A DNA stretch of 63,821 nucleotides, the filler included, from Octopus bimaculoides (lineage: Eukaryota), in the NCBI RefSeq assembly GCF_001194135.2. It is 6 parts of 6 records of this genome, joined end to end, with 100 filler letters (N's around TTAATTAATTAA, not from the genome) between each part and the next. Parts side by side here need not be neighbours in the genome. Positions count along the whole stretch, not along the records: positions 51,111 to 62,306 come from NC_068997.1; positions 62,407 to 63,821 come from NC_068982.1; 4 more parts are not named here. One strand, given 5' to 3'. This document shows positions 51,690 to 62,559 of the stretch, in pieces. How positions within the stretch are numbered: the first letter of the stretch is position 1; every line of letters begins with the position of its first letter. The notes under the pieces were generated by a model. The model saw nothing but the letters and a program-made list of their open reading frames with translations, made no database searches and had not been told where the DNA came from. The position numbers and the translations under genes were made by a program.

Positions 51690-51753
51690 GAATTATAATC
51701 TAAATAAGTGAAGGAAGGAGGCTTCGCGCGAGCTCCGATTAAAGTCCACTCAC

Positions 51754-51956
51754 CTGATGTTGGGCACAGTTTTCAGTTGTTGTCGGGTGTCCGATGCGCG
51801 GAAAACATGTAAATTGGCATCGTTATAGAGAATGACAAGGATGTGGTAGCGAGGACATAGTAGAATGTTTTTAATCCCGTCCAGAGACAATTCGTCCTGG
51901 AAAGAGCAAAGTTTGTATTCCAAAAAGTCGGAATCGCTTTCACCGTCGTCTGCCAT
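51754..51956 (-). CDS. First coding exon of a host gene (67 aa + 2 nt, phase-2 intron); beta-propeller-like N-terminus, tentatively spatacsin/SPG11-like
   Basis: CAAGATGGCA start; open frame MADDGESDSDFLEYKLCSFQDELSLDGIKNILLCPRYHILVILYNDANLHVFRASDTRQQLKTVPNI; CAG|GTGAGT donor at 51753; CpG-rich context. The identity rests on recalled similarity only. Confidence 0.75.
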
Positions 51957-52031
51957 CTTGGCTTAGTCACGTGACTACTAGCAAGGGAGCGGTCTGTGGT
52001 GCAGAGAGGATTTAGATAGGGAGCGGTCTGT
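51957..52031 (-). promoter_or_regulatory. Core promoter / 5' leader with CLEAR-type E-box palindrome
   Basis: Perfect 14-bp palindrome TAGTCACGTGACTA at 51964-51977; direct repeat AGGGAGCGGTCTGT at about 51984 and 52018; CAAGATGGCAGA matches the TISU consensus SAASATGGCGGC at 10 of 12 positions. Confidence 0.65.
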
Positions 52032-53030
52032 AATTGTTATAGATTCAAGAAGCTGTCGTTAACTACAAAAAAAAAAAAAAAGTTTTAAAAAGCGCCCGTG
52101 ATACACACCCACTCACGCACATATAGGATCTTTCTGATTTGACGGGCAACACTTTTCATTTAAGATCTTTCTGATTTAATAAGGGATAAACACGAACCAG
52201 TGCAAGGTGCTAAAAGCACTCAAATTTTCTAATTAACCTTTTATAATGCGACTCGCTTCAAAAGAACATACGTTGTACACAAGTGTGCCATTGCATGCAT
52301 CTACTTTATAAAGAGGAAATTTCTTAGGCGGGATTTTAATGTCAGTTAGGGTTAGTAACTCTTTAGATGATATTCTGAGTTATTTCCCTTGAAAACTAAT
52401 CTCTAAGCTTTTGTTTAATTTCTAATTTTAATTTTATACTTCTTACTTCTTAAATCAAAACCATTATCTTGCATGTCGGCTCCAGTAACTTTATTCATAG
52501 TCCACTTCTTGAACAGTTGGCTTTATTTCAAACTTCACTCATGCTTAATGCAGGTGAGGTATTGTAGCTCTTTTATAGACGAATATTTTAAGAATTATCT
52601 AAGCACCTCCATAAATAAGAAATTTATTATTGGCGAATCCCTTATAAGTTGTAAAAATTGACATAACTATAATAGCATGAGGGAAATATTTTAATGTAAA
52701 GAATATTGTCACAGGCACCTTTACATACTGTTAACAGTTTGAGTTGTGTCATAGTGAATGTGATTGTTTGCTTAAGCTTCCAAACTGAACTCTAATTTAA
52801 TATTTTAGCTTATGTAAGCTCTGCTAAATTACCATTCAATCAACAGTGATTTATTAATTCAATTCACATTAAAAGGATTACATTAATTTTGTTTGTCTTC
52901 AGTCAAAATTAACAAAAATTTACTACAAAATATTGTAGTAAAAATGAACAATATTTTATACATGTTGAAGATTTGCTCTTTCGTCTTAGCTTACACACAC
53001 ACGCACGCACACATACACACACGCACGCAT

Positions 53031-53215
53031 GCTTAGCAGTATTTCGTCTGCCGTTACATTCTGAGTTCAAATTCCGCCGAGGTCGACTTTGCCTTTCATC
53101 CTTTCGTGGTCGATAAATTAAGTACCAGTTACGTACTGGGGTCGACTTAATCCCTTTGTCTGTCCTTCTTTGTCCCCTCTATGTTTAACCCCTTGTGGGC
53201 AAAAAGAAATAAGAA
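53031..53215 (+). mobile_element. SINE family B, 5'-truncated
   Basis: gcttagcagtatttcgtctgccgttacattctgagttcaaattccgccgaggtcgactttgcc...gggcaaaaagaaataag. Confidence 0.9.
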
Positions 53216-53513
53216 ATCTCCTAAAATGCAAACATGGCCCGAAAATCTCCGTTCTGGAATAAAGTATAGTCCCTGGTTCGAGTGAGTCCCTTGGGATTCA
53301 GGTACGTTCGGCAATGCATAGCTTGCAACGTTTCGTCCCGTTAATGTAGGGTCCTGGGTNNNNNNNNNNNNNNNNNNNNNNNNNNNNNNNNNNNNNNNNN
53401 NNNNNNNNNNNNNNNNNNNNNNNNNNNNNNNNNNNNNNNNNNNNNNNNNNNNNNNNNNNNNNNNNNNNNNNNNNNNNNNNNNNNNNNNNNNNNNNNNNNN
53501 NNNNNNNNNNNNN

Positions 53514-53551
<38 letters not shown>

Positions 53552-53575
53552 ATGTAATTATGTATGTATGTATGT

Positions 53576-53880
53576 ATAGGCCTAGTGGTTAGGGTGTTGC
53601 ACTCGCGAGATCGTGGTTTCAAATCCCTAGACCGGGTGGTGTGTTGTGTTCTTTAGTAAAACACTTCATCTCACGTTGCACTACGATCGACATCTGACGC
53701 GTGGTACAGCTTGGTTCACCTGTTCAGGCAACGTCGATTTGATGGAGGAGGGAGAGTGATCTAATGTATAGCACATAATACGTTTGATCACAATAGAAAC
53801 AAATCATTTGTGTGTCATGTCGTTCGGCAAAAGCTGAACGCTCATACATCGTCTTCGACGGGAGAGTCCACCACATCATG
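53576..53880 (+). mobile_element. SINE with family C-like head and a different body
   Basis: ggcctagtggttagggtgttgcactc...ggtttcaaatccctagaccggg...gtgttctttagtaaaacacttcatctcacgttgc shares head and core with 46159; downstream sequence differs. The 3' boundary is approximate. Confidence 0.65.
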
Positions 53881-53916
53881 CATACATAATACTTACTACG
53901 TAAGTATGTACACCGC

Positions 53917-54027
<111 letters not shown>

Positions 54028-54344
54028 CTCTGCAGAAAAATTACTATGTGTAATAAACACAAATCAATCACTTCCTAAACAAGATTTTTGAGCAAAGTAA
54101 ATATAACAAGTGATGTAACCATTCAAATAGGTTTAACATTACTGACGTTGTTTTGGTTTGTATTTCATTATTAGAATAGGTTTACGGTTTTGAGGGAGGA
54201 ATATAGATTGAAATGTAACGGAAAATCTCTATGTGGAGCGACACATTATTGATGTACATAATTATTGATGTAGTCTGGCAGCCATTTTATGTCATGAATT
54301 TCAAGCTTAAATGGTTGTTTTGACATTAGATTTATTCATGTTTA

Positions 54345-54510
54345 AGTCCAAGATTCGAAAACCGAATTTGTGAAGCCAGATTTTATGAAATCCAAATTTC
54401 CGGAATGCATATTCTTTGAAAACCAAATTTGTGAGCCCAGGTTTTGTGTGAGGCCAATTTTGGTGAGACCAAAATTTGTGAATCCAGAGTTACGAATCTT
54501 GTGAATTTCT
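54345..54510. repeat. Degenerate 15-bp periodic repeat (approximately CCAAATTTGTGAAAA)
   Basis: accgaatttgtgaag, ccagattttatgaaa, tccaaatttccggaa, accaaatttgtgagc, ccaggttttgtg, ccaattttggtgaga, ccaaaatttgtgaat. Confidence 0.6.
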
Positions 54511-55016
54511 GAACTATATATCTATATTACCTTTATAAATATTTTGACTGCACGTCTAGTGTAGCATTAATTTATTTTTGTTCGTATATATTTGTTTTGT
54601 ATGTAGGCTGTTTTGTTATGCTGACACTCAATTGTTAATATTTTACAAAAAACTTTATGGTGTTTTGGTTGTGTAAATTCGGGTTATGGCCATCAGGTCG
54701 TTNNNNNNNNNNNNNNNNNNNNNNNNNNNNNNNNNNNNNNNNNNNNNNNNNNNNNNNNNNNNNNNNNNNNNNNNNNNNNNNNNCTATATTACCTTTATAA
54801 ATATTTTGACTGCACGTCTAGTGTAGCATTAATTTATTTTTGTTCGTATATATTTGTTTTGCAAGATTTTTGATGTGAAATCGTGTGTTGAAACAGATAT
54901 TGTTGTATTTGGGGATGGTCATATTGCCAGTTTAGCCAATAAAAACACACTCACTGTATATTTGGTGTTAATTTGCTTCAGCTTTATATTACATTACATT
55001 ACATTAATTCTATTTC

Positions 55017-55061
55017 GGCCAGAGTTCTTTCGTCACACTTCTGTGACCTCATCAGTGGTCC
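55017..55061 (-). ncRNA. Candidate minimal type I hammerhead ribozyme
   Basis: GGACCA-CTGATGA-G-GTCACA-GAAG-TGTGAC-GAAA-G-AA-CTC/TGGCC. Intact CUGAUGA and GAAA core; 6-bp stem II; stem I CCA/TGG plus GG/CC; CUC cleavage triplet; minimal stem III. Confidence 0.6.
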
Positions 55062-55225
55062 TTTGCTTTCTTCTTTCTTATGTGTGTCCCACCTTGCTAA
55101 CTATCAGCTATTTTGTATTTTGTATCCCTATTGTATGTGTCTACACATGCGTATCCCTCAATGTGTGTCTATGTTTTGTAAGTGCATGTGTGTGTATCGC
55201 TTTTCTGTTAATTTTCCCACTTTAA

Positions 55226-55280
55226 TAATTAGATGTTTATAAGTTACTAGGTGACCTGATAACTTACAAACATCTAATTA
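55226..55280. other. Near-perfect 55-nt hairpin (21-bp arms, 1 mismatch)
   Basis: taattagatgtttataagtta (55226-55246) pairs with taacttacaaacatctaatta (55260-55280); agg/cct pairs inside the loop; cact/agtg extends the base. Confidence 0.8.
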
Positions 55281-57049
55281 TCAGTGAGATAATTCTCTTC
55301 TTGAGATAATTCTTAAGATAATTCTCTTCTTGAACTCATTAATTTTGTGTCAGATAAGTATTTCTGTTTTAAACAGAATCAATCACATATCCATCGAACC
55401 TTCTCAACATACGAGTCTAACTTCCCGTCTGATTGTATTGTAATCATCGGCAGCTTTGACTGCTATACAAAACAGCCAAATCTCCATCAAATCACACCCT
55501 ACCGTTTTAAAATTGGAAGGATACATCATTGGATAACTTAACGAGAGGTACACTGTGCCTGAAAAAAGATAAGAAAAGACGGTGTGTTTACGGACGGAAT
55601 GCCTTTCATCATAGGTTTCCTCAACTGAAAGCAGCATAGGGCTAAAACAATATCAACAGACATATTAGAATGCTGAGTGGAAACAATACACCATTGTAGA
55701 GAGTCATACTGCACTTTACCCCCATTCAAGTCATCATTGCATGCTGGAAATGCTGGATCTGTTAGAGGTATCTGTAACCAATACGTCTAAGTCGGTCCGA
55801 GTCCCATAGAATCACAGAAGGCCGCCGTGAATATCTCCATGAATTTTGCGCCGGATTAGAGACCTCTGAAAACAATTTTGCTCGCCTAGCAAAATTTCTG
55901 CAGGCCTTCTTGAGAATGTGTAGTATAGATGACAAAAGCATAACATATCAGGAAAATGATCCCAGGATCGTGCTTACATAAACTACTTGCTCACCATATG
56001 ACAACTTGATCAGGCAGACCTGAGGCTATACAACGATAACACCGAGAACACAGAAGCCTCTATTTTGGTCGTTCGAACTGCAAGAAAAAGTATCTAAATG
56101 TTCCGCATGGAACCAAGCGTCATAAAAAAGAGAGACGCATCGCATATTATTGTGCTTGATACCAATAGATTGTACCGTACGGGGCGATACTTGAGTTGGC
56201 TATCCCTCACTGAAAGATACAATATGCATCAAAAGTATTTTTCCCTCTGCCCTTCATTATTTACGCTCGTAGATTCTATGTCTGTTCAATGAGGGAGGCT
56301 GCGGCTAACCAACAGTAGTTCAGTAACACAACTGCTGCTGCTGTTGTTGGTAGGAACAACATTACACATACACCTTCGGATTTAGCTTTCTTTATTTCTC
56401 TAGAGATAATCTTATCTCGGTTTCTCAATTTAGCTTCAAGATGGAACAGCAGGACATGCTGTGATTCTCTATGGCTTTCATTCCTGTTGTTTAGTGCAGA
56501 TTCATAATACTTCGAGCGACCAAGATGAGTACGAGTGTGTGAGTGTTTGTATATGTGTGTCTGTGTGCGTGTGTGTATGTGTGCGTTAGTGTAAGAGTGT
56601 GCATGTGTGAGTGTCTGTGTGAATGTATTGTGAGTGCATATGGATCTGTATGTGTATATATATATGATGGGTAAATGCGTGTGTCTATGTATGTGGTGTG
56701 TATATATGTATATGTGCATACATATACTTTTAAATATATACATAATACACACGCGCATACATCTAACAAGAAGTACATGAATGTAAATATTATAATAACT
56801 CTCGTATTAATTTAGTCCGCCTTGAAGGGTTGTTTTCAAACAAATCGGCTCCAGCACTTATTTGAGGTACTTATACAATCGTTCTCTTTTGCTGAATCAC
56901 GAACTTAGGGCTTCTCTACAGTTTCCATAGACTCAGTTTTACTCACAAACCTTGGGCTGACTCGAGCTTATTGAAAAACACCGAAGACACTAAGCAGTGG
57001 GACGTCGTGATTGCGATTCGAACTTCTTATCCATATGACTATGCTATAT

Positions 57050-57104
<55 letters not shown>

Positions 57105-57352
57105 TGCAAAGTAACATACGCATGGTTATAAATACAGAAATATATACACTCATACAGATGTATACAGTTGCAAGACGCACGTGTACACTCACTCATGGGT
57201 ATACGCACATATACACACAGGGGTATACACTCAGCAGCAGAGTGGCAACTTCACACAAAGCAAACACACCAAGCACGCGCACAATTTACACTGCATACAC
57301 AAATACGGACATACTATATACATACAACTAATTACAAAAATAGAGATTAATG

Positions 57353-57581
57353 TATTGGGTTGTCCGGAAAGTTCGTGCCGATTTATAGTAGCTTACCTTT
57401 CGACTTACTTGCCATGAAACCACCTCAATTCTAGGAAGAGGTTATTTTCAAGTTAAAGGAGAGATAGAGACGCATTGTGTAACAAAATGGTTCATATTTG
57501 GTTGATTAAAAATGTAATGGCAGGTATTTATTGATCTTTTTTCATTTAAAAATCGGCACGAACTTTCCGGACAACCCAATA
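57353..57581. mobile_element. 229-bp Tc1/mariner-type MITE
   Basis: Perfect 32-bp inverted ends TATTGGGTTGTCCGGAAAGTTCGTGCCGATTT including the terminal TA. Confidence 0.95.
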
Positions 57582-58530
57582 TATTTTTTCAATGTTCATA
57601 ATTTTTTGTTTACAATATTGAAAAAATATGCCACCAAAGGAAAGACGTGTTTTTCTCTAGAAACACGTATAAAGCGAGGACGATTGCTGAAAACCGAAGG
57701 CGTGTGTCTCAACAGGGAAAGGAGATGAGACTTTCTTAGGGTCAGCAGATGCATGCTGCAGCACGTCAAATGGAGTCTCAAGAGAGAAAGGAGATGAGAT
57801 TTTCCCAAGATCAGCTAAGGCATGCTGCAATACTTAATGCTGAGTCATTAGAACAACGTTTAGCACGCTATATTAAACAGATGTCCAATACAATATAGCT
57901 CTCAGAAATAGACCATAGGCAAATTCGTTCTTCACAACACCAGGAGCTGCTTTCAGATATGATCCATCCCAGCCTTATAAAAACGATAATTCTGTACAAA
58001 TTGGTGTGCTACACTCAAATTGTCGTTTCTGCAAAGCTTTCAAATTTCCAAATGAAACTAGTGGCATGTGCTGCTCAGGCGGTAAGGTAAGATTGTCAGC
58101 ACCACCAGCTCCTCCTCAACCTCTTTCGACAGTTCACTTCACTGTCACCGTCTCCCATTACAGCCCATTTCCAGAATGTACCCATTTACGTACATCTCCA
58201 TTACACCTCCATTCATTTGACTGTTGACCATATGATGGGTCGTGTTACACGCAGCGCTGACCGCCTCAAAGGCGAGTATATCCACTGACAGCTTTTCGGT
58301 GGGTTCAAAAATAACATACCCCCACCCCAGTTTTCCACGCTAGGTTAAGGCATGGAATCCTCCAAACGGATGTATTACATGTCGATTAGTCGAATTAGAC
58401 CATCATTTACTCCACAAATGTTTTGTCGTCAATGCTGCACTTTCCCGTATCACCTGTTTCAACATAACTGTAATATATATAAACAAACTATACCATTTTA
58501 ATCCCGAGCAACACCGGGTATCTCTGCTAG
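57582..58530 (+). mobile_element. Internally deleted Helitron (RepHel N-terminus joined to an intact 3' end)
   Basis: From ATG at 57628: MPPK..., two 23-aa repeats (SQQGKEMRLS*GQQMHAAARQME and SQERKEMRFSQDQLRHAAILNAE), then AAFRYDP...QIGVLHSNCRFCKAFKFPNETSGMCCSGGKVRLSAPPAPPQPL (Helitron N-terminal Cys motif). 3' end CCCG-N8-CGGG hairpin (58503-58518), 8 nt, CTAG (58527-58530), then T. 5' end not located. Confidence 0.9.
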
Positions 58531-58684
58531 TCTTCGATAAAGATGAAAAGTCACATTGAGATGAGAATCTTGTAGACCTTCAACCTATATCTTGGTTTCA
58601 TTGGAACAGTGTCACATAGTTTAGTCCACAAACATTTCATATACACGCATATACGCATACTTATACGTATGTTCACACACACAC

Positions 58685-58739
<55 letters not shown>

Positions 58740-58741
<2 letters not shown>

Positions 58742-59289
58742 GTTGAAATTTACAGAAAAACAAAAGATGAAGACAGGTGTATAAACAACAAGCAGGTGTA
58801 TTAGTTTGAAACTCTTTTAGGAAGAAGGGGAGATAATAAAGTACTAGTGATCCCAAAACAAAGGTGCGTGTGTGTATGTGAGAGTGTGTGTGCGTGTGGA
58901 TAGGGGCTGCTGACTTTAACGTGTGAATGTGTGCGTGTGTAAGTGTGTGAGTGATGGTGGTGTGGGTGCAGGGAGGTGGTCAGTGCTAGTGTGCGCGGAG
59001 CGGTGTGGGGTGGTGTGATGTGAGGATGTGAGGGTGGGGTGATGATGTGGGGTTTATGTTGGGTATGTGGGAGTGGGATGGAGGGGGTATCAATGGAGGG
59101 AGAAGGTAAGTCAGAGTGAAGAGATGAAGTAGGTGTCAAGGCAAGAGAGGAGAGGAGTCAGATGAAGAGGGGAGGAGAGTTGAGAACATGTGGCGCAAAG
59201 GAGCGAAGAGAGAAGATTAATTCTTGTCCACAGCGAAGGCGGGAGTCCGAATGACCTCTGTGCAAAGACAATCCAAACACAGACAGGTG
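58740..59289 (-). mobile_element. Penelope-like element 3' remnant (GIY-YIG endonuclease C-terminus plus C-rich trailer)
   Basis: HLSVFGLSLHRGHSDSRLRCGQELIFSLRSFAPHVLNSPPLFI* (59289-59158) resembles the PLE EN tail (S..GL.......R...EQ.LIF.L....P.GLN). The trailer ends in the ctaataca...cacctgtcttc tail shared with 30-185. Confidence 0.75.
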
Positions 59290-59302
59290 TATATATATAT
59301 GA

Positions 59303-59470
59303 GGCGCCGAAGTGGCTGTGTGGTAAGTAGCTTGCTTACCAACCACATGGTTCTAGGTTCAGTCCCACTGAGTGGCACTTGGGCAAGTGTCTTCCACTAT
59401 AGCCTCGGGCCGACCAAAACTTTGTGAGTGGATTTGGTAGACGGAAACTGAAACAAGCCCGTCGTATATA
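59303..59470 (+). mobile_element. SINE family A 5' half (3' module lost in the gap)
   Basis: ggcgccgaagtggctgtgtggtaagtagcttgcttaccaaccacatgg...gaaactgaaacaagcccgtcg followed by (TA)n. Confidence 0.9.
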
Positions 59471-59825
59471 TATATATGTATATATATATNNNNNNNNNNN
59501 NNNNNNNNNNNNNNNNNNNNNNNNNNNNNNNNNNNNNNNNNNNNNNNNNNNNNNNNNNNNNNNNNNNNNNNNNNNNNNNNNNNNNNNNNNNNNNNNNNNN
59601 NNNNNNNNNNNNNNNNNNNNNNNNNNNNNNNNNNNNNNNNNNNNNNNNNNNNNNNNNNNNNNNNNNNNNNNNNNNNNNNNNNNNNNNNNNNNNNNNNNNN
59701 NNNNNNNNNNNNNNNNNNNNNNNNNNNNNNNNNNNNNNNNNNNNNNNNNNNNNNNNNNNNNNNNNNNNNNNNNNNNNNNNNNNNNNNNNNNNNNNNNNNN
59801 NNNNNNNNNNNATATATATATTATA

Positions 59826-59960
59826 TATATATAATATGTATGTATGTATTAGTTTGACGCTTGGTAAGAGAGAGAGAGAGAGAAGACGTTTCGAGAATAG
59901 TTGTTCGTCGGAAAGGAAAACGGAAAAGTCCATCCAAAGAAGGAAAAAATTCAAAAGCAC
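59826..59960 (-). mobile_element. Penelope-type terminal repeat fragment with a degenerate hammerhead-like motif (59885-59911)
   Basis: cctttCCGACGA-ACAACTATTCTC-GAAAC-GTC...ccaagcgtcaaactaataca, same family as 30-185. Confidence 0.55.
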
Positions 59961-59991
<31 letters not shown>

Positions 59992-61647
59992 TGTATATAA
60001 AAGAAAATGAGAGAAAGGAGTAAACGATTATCATATGAATAAGGAAAAACACATACAAGGTGAAATCCTTCAAATACAAAGTGGAAGGGAGTCGTAACAA
60101 AGACTGTATTATAATAAATTGATGTGAGAAGAGTAGCAATTAAAGCTGAATAGTAAGAAAGAGAGTGGAATTGTTCAGAGTAGATACATTAGCACTGATC
60201 CGTTTTGTTACATGGAAATGCAAAGGAAAATAAAAGGGTTAAAAATATGACACCGAAGTGATGTAAAGTTATATAAGGGATCAAGATTAAAGAGGAAAAT
60301 AGTTTATGTGTGCGCGTTTGTATGTGTGTGTGCGTGTGAATGTGTACTTGTATGCGTGCGCACGTGTGTGTTCCTGATGACAGATAAGCATTAACTATTC
60401 AAACAGCTGGTGGTATATCTCGCAGTGTTTCCAAAATTATTTGTCTAAGTAGTGACATTTAGTAAGATTATCTGATTTGATAATTTGGATAATCTGTAAA
60501 TTTGTTATTGTTATTATCATTTTAGCATGAGACTCTTTTCTGTTATTCATAGTCTGCAACATTTTGTTCCATTTCCGTATGGCCCGAATCTCTCGAGCCT
60601 TTTCAATTTGATACTGAAATCAGTAGTATGTTTTTCAAACTACAGACGCACAATTAGTTTTGATATTTTCTTCTGCTGTTTGATGGAGTTGACTACTGCT
60701 TCCTCCAGGATCACAAAACTAAGAGATATTCCTTTATATTTCTGCACACTTGGCCTTAGTTTATTTAGTTTTCATGTTATTAAGTTTCCATATTGGGTGT
60801 ACGACAGAAAATTAGTTTAAAATTGTTTCTATATAAAATTATAGAGACAAGCAAAAGAAAAAAAAGCAACATATATTTCGTTACACTATATTTGGAAATT
60901 TAAGGCTCAAAACATATTTTTCATAATTTAAAATTAACTGGCAATACTTTGTCCAGATTTCTTTAATTACCTAAAATCAGCAACTTGTTTAGGTATAGAA
61001 TTAATGAGTTCTGAAATAGTAATTTGGAGTATTTCTGATCATGTTTAGTGTAACTTATTCAGCAATTCTGATCATGGTTTTGGTGATTTTTTGCCCTTTT
61101 CCGTATCGTAATTGCCACACGTATTCTATGAAGAATCTGGCTTCGCCAATGAACTAGTTTCATGACATTTTCTTTTTTCCATTCTTTTTCTTTTTTCTTT
61201 TTGCTGCGCATTAGAAACTCAACTTCTATATAAAAATAAAAATAAAAGCAACTGCGTTTTCCAAAATGACCGTTTGAAAATATTTGCCAGCAATTCCACA
61301 TTTCCTATATTTCCACATCTCAATATTTCCACATCTCCACATTCTCACGCTTCCACAGTTTCATATTTCAACATTTCCATATCCATGCAGAATCTTCTTT
61401 CAATCTGCCAGACTTATCACTCTCCATCACTCCCACGCACAATTTTCTCTACCACTTTGCTCTTCTTCTTCTTCTCCTTCTTCTCCTTCTTCATCTCCTT
61501 CTTCTTCTCCTCCTCCTTCTTCATCTCCTTCTTCTCCTTCTTCATCTCCTTCTTCTCCTCTCCATTTTTCATGATCATAATGCACGCGTGCGCATGCACA
61601 CTCACTCACTCACTCACTCAGACACCGTTGTAGATCATATCAATTTA

Positions 61648-61797
61648 TATGCCCTCTTCCTCCTCCCGTCTCCTTCTTATGCCCTCTTCCTCCTCCCGTC
61701 TCCTTCTTATGCCCTCTTCCTCCTTCCGTCTCCTTCTTATGCCCTCTTCCTCCTTCCGTCTCCTTCTTATGCCCTCTTCCTCCTTCCGTCTCCTTCT
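61648..61797. repeat. 30-bp minisatellite, 5 copies
   Basis: tatgccctcttcctcct(c/t)ccgtctccttct; the first two units have C and the last three T at the variable site. Confidence 0.97.
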
Positions 61798-62084
61798 TAC
61801 ACGTTCACCCTCTCGTTGCCGCTCTCTCTATTTTCCTTGCCATCTCTTTATCAGACTGCGCCTTTCATCTCAGCTACAGTTTATGTTCATCTCTTTTGTT
61901 TCTCCTCTTTCTTTCTCTCTCTCTTTCTTCCCCCCTCCACACACATACAAACACACACACAAACACACACAAATACACACACTAACGCACACAAAATACG
62001 CATAATTCATCAGTCTCTTAACTTAGCTTCAGTATTTTTCCCAGTATTTCTTTGATTCCCTTCCTCTCTTTCATTCTCTCAGAC

Positions 62085-62141
<57 letters not shown>

Positions 62142-62169
62142 TACACAAGTGATATATATAATATATATA

Positions 62170-62212
<43 letters not shown>

Positions 62213-62306
62213 TATATATATATTTTGTTTTGGCAGGGCATTGTTGTGTCTGGGGAACGAAATATATAATATATATATATAATATATCTAATATATATAT
62301 ATATAA

Positions 62307-62406
62307 NNNNNNNNNNNNNNNNNNNNNNNNNNNNNNNNNNNNNNNNNNNNTTAATTAATTAANNNNNNNNNNNNNNNNNNNNNNNNNNNNNNNNNNNNNN
62401 NNNNNN
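62307..62406. other. Artificial assembly spacer
   Basis: 44 N + TTAATTAATTAA (62351-62362) + 44 N. Confidence 0.95.
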
Positions 62407-62559
62407 TTCGTGCTTCACAGCGTTCAATACATACACACTTCACGTCTGGCTGTACAGCCTTTTTGCTTGTTTGTTCATTCACCGTTTCGTTTTCTTGTCT
62501 CGTTTTCCATCCGCCACTACCCTCCACGAAAATAATTTAATTTGTGTTCGTGGGAAGAA

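Noticed and set aside
53326-53359. Further hammerhead (…GGGAC-GAAAC-GTT on the minus strand)
   Set aside because: The CUGANGA half is not recognisable and the upstream sequence is in a gap.
56372-56481. Minus-strand exon NESHRESQHVLLFHLEAKLRNRDKIISREIKKAKSE
   Set aside because: Weak acceptor and donor (GTGTAT), no recognised homology, and it lies upstream of the known first exon; not supportable without RNA data.
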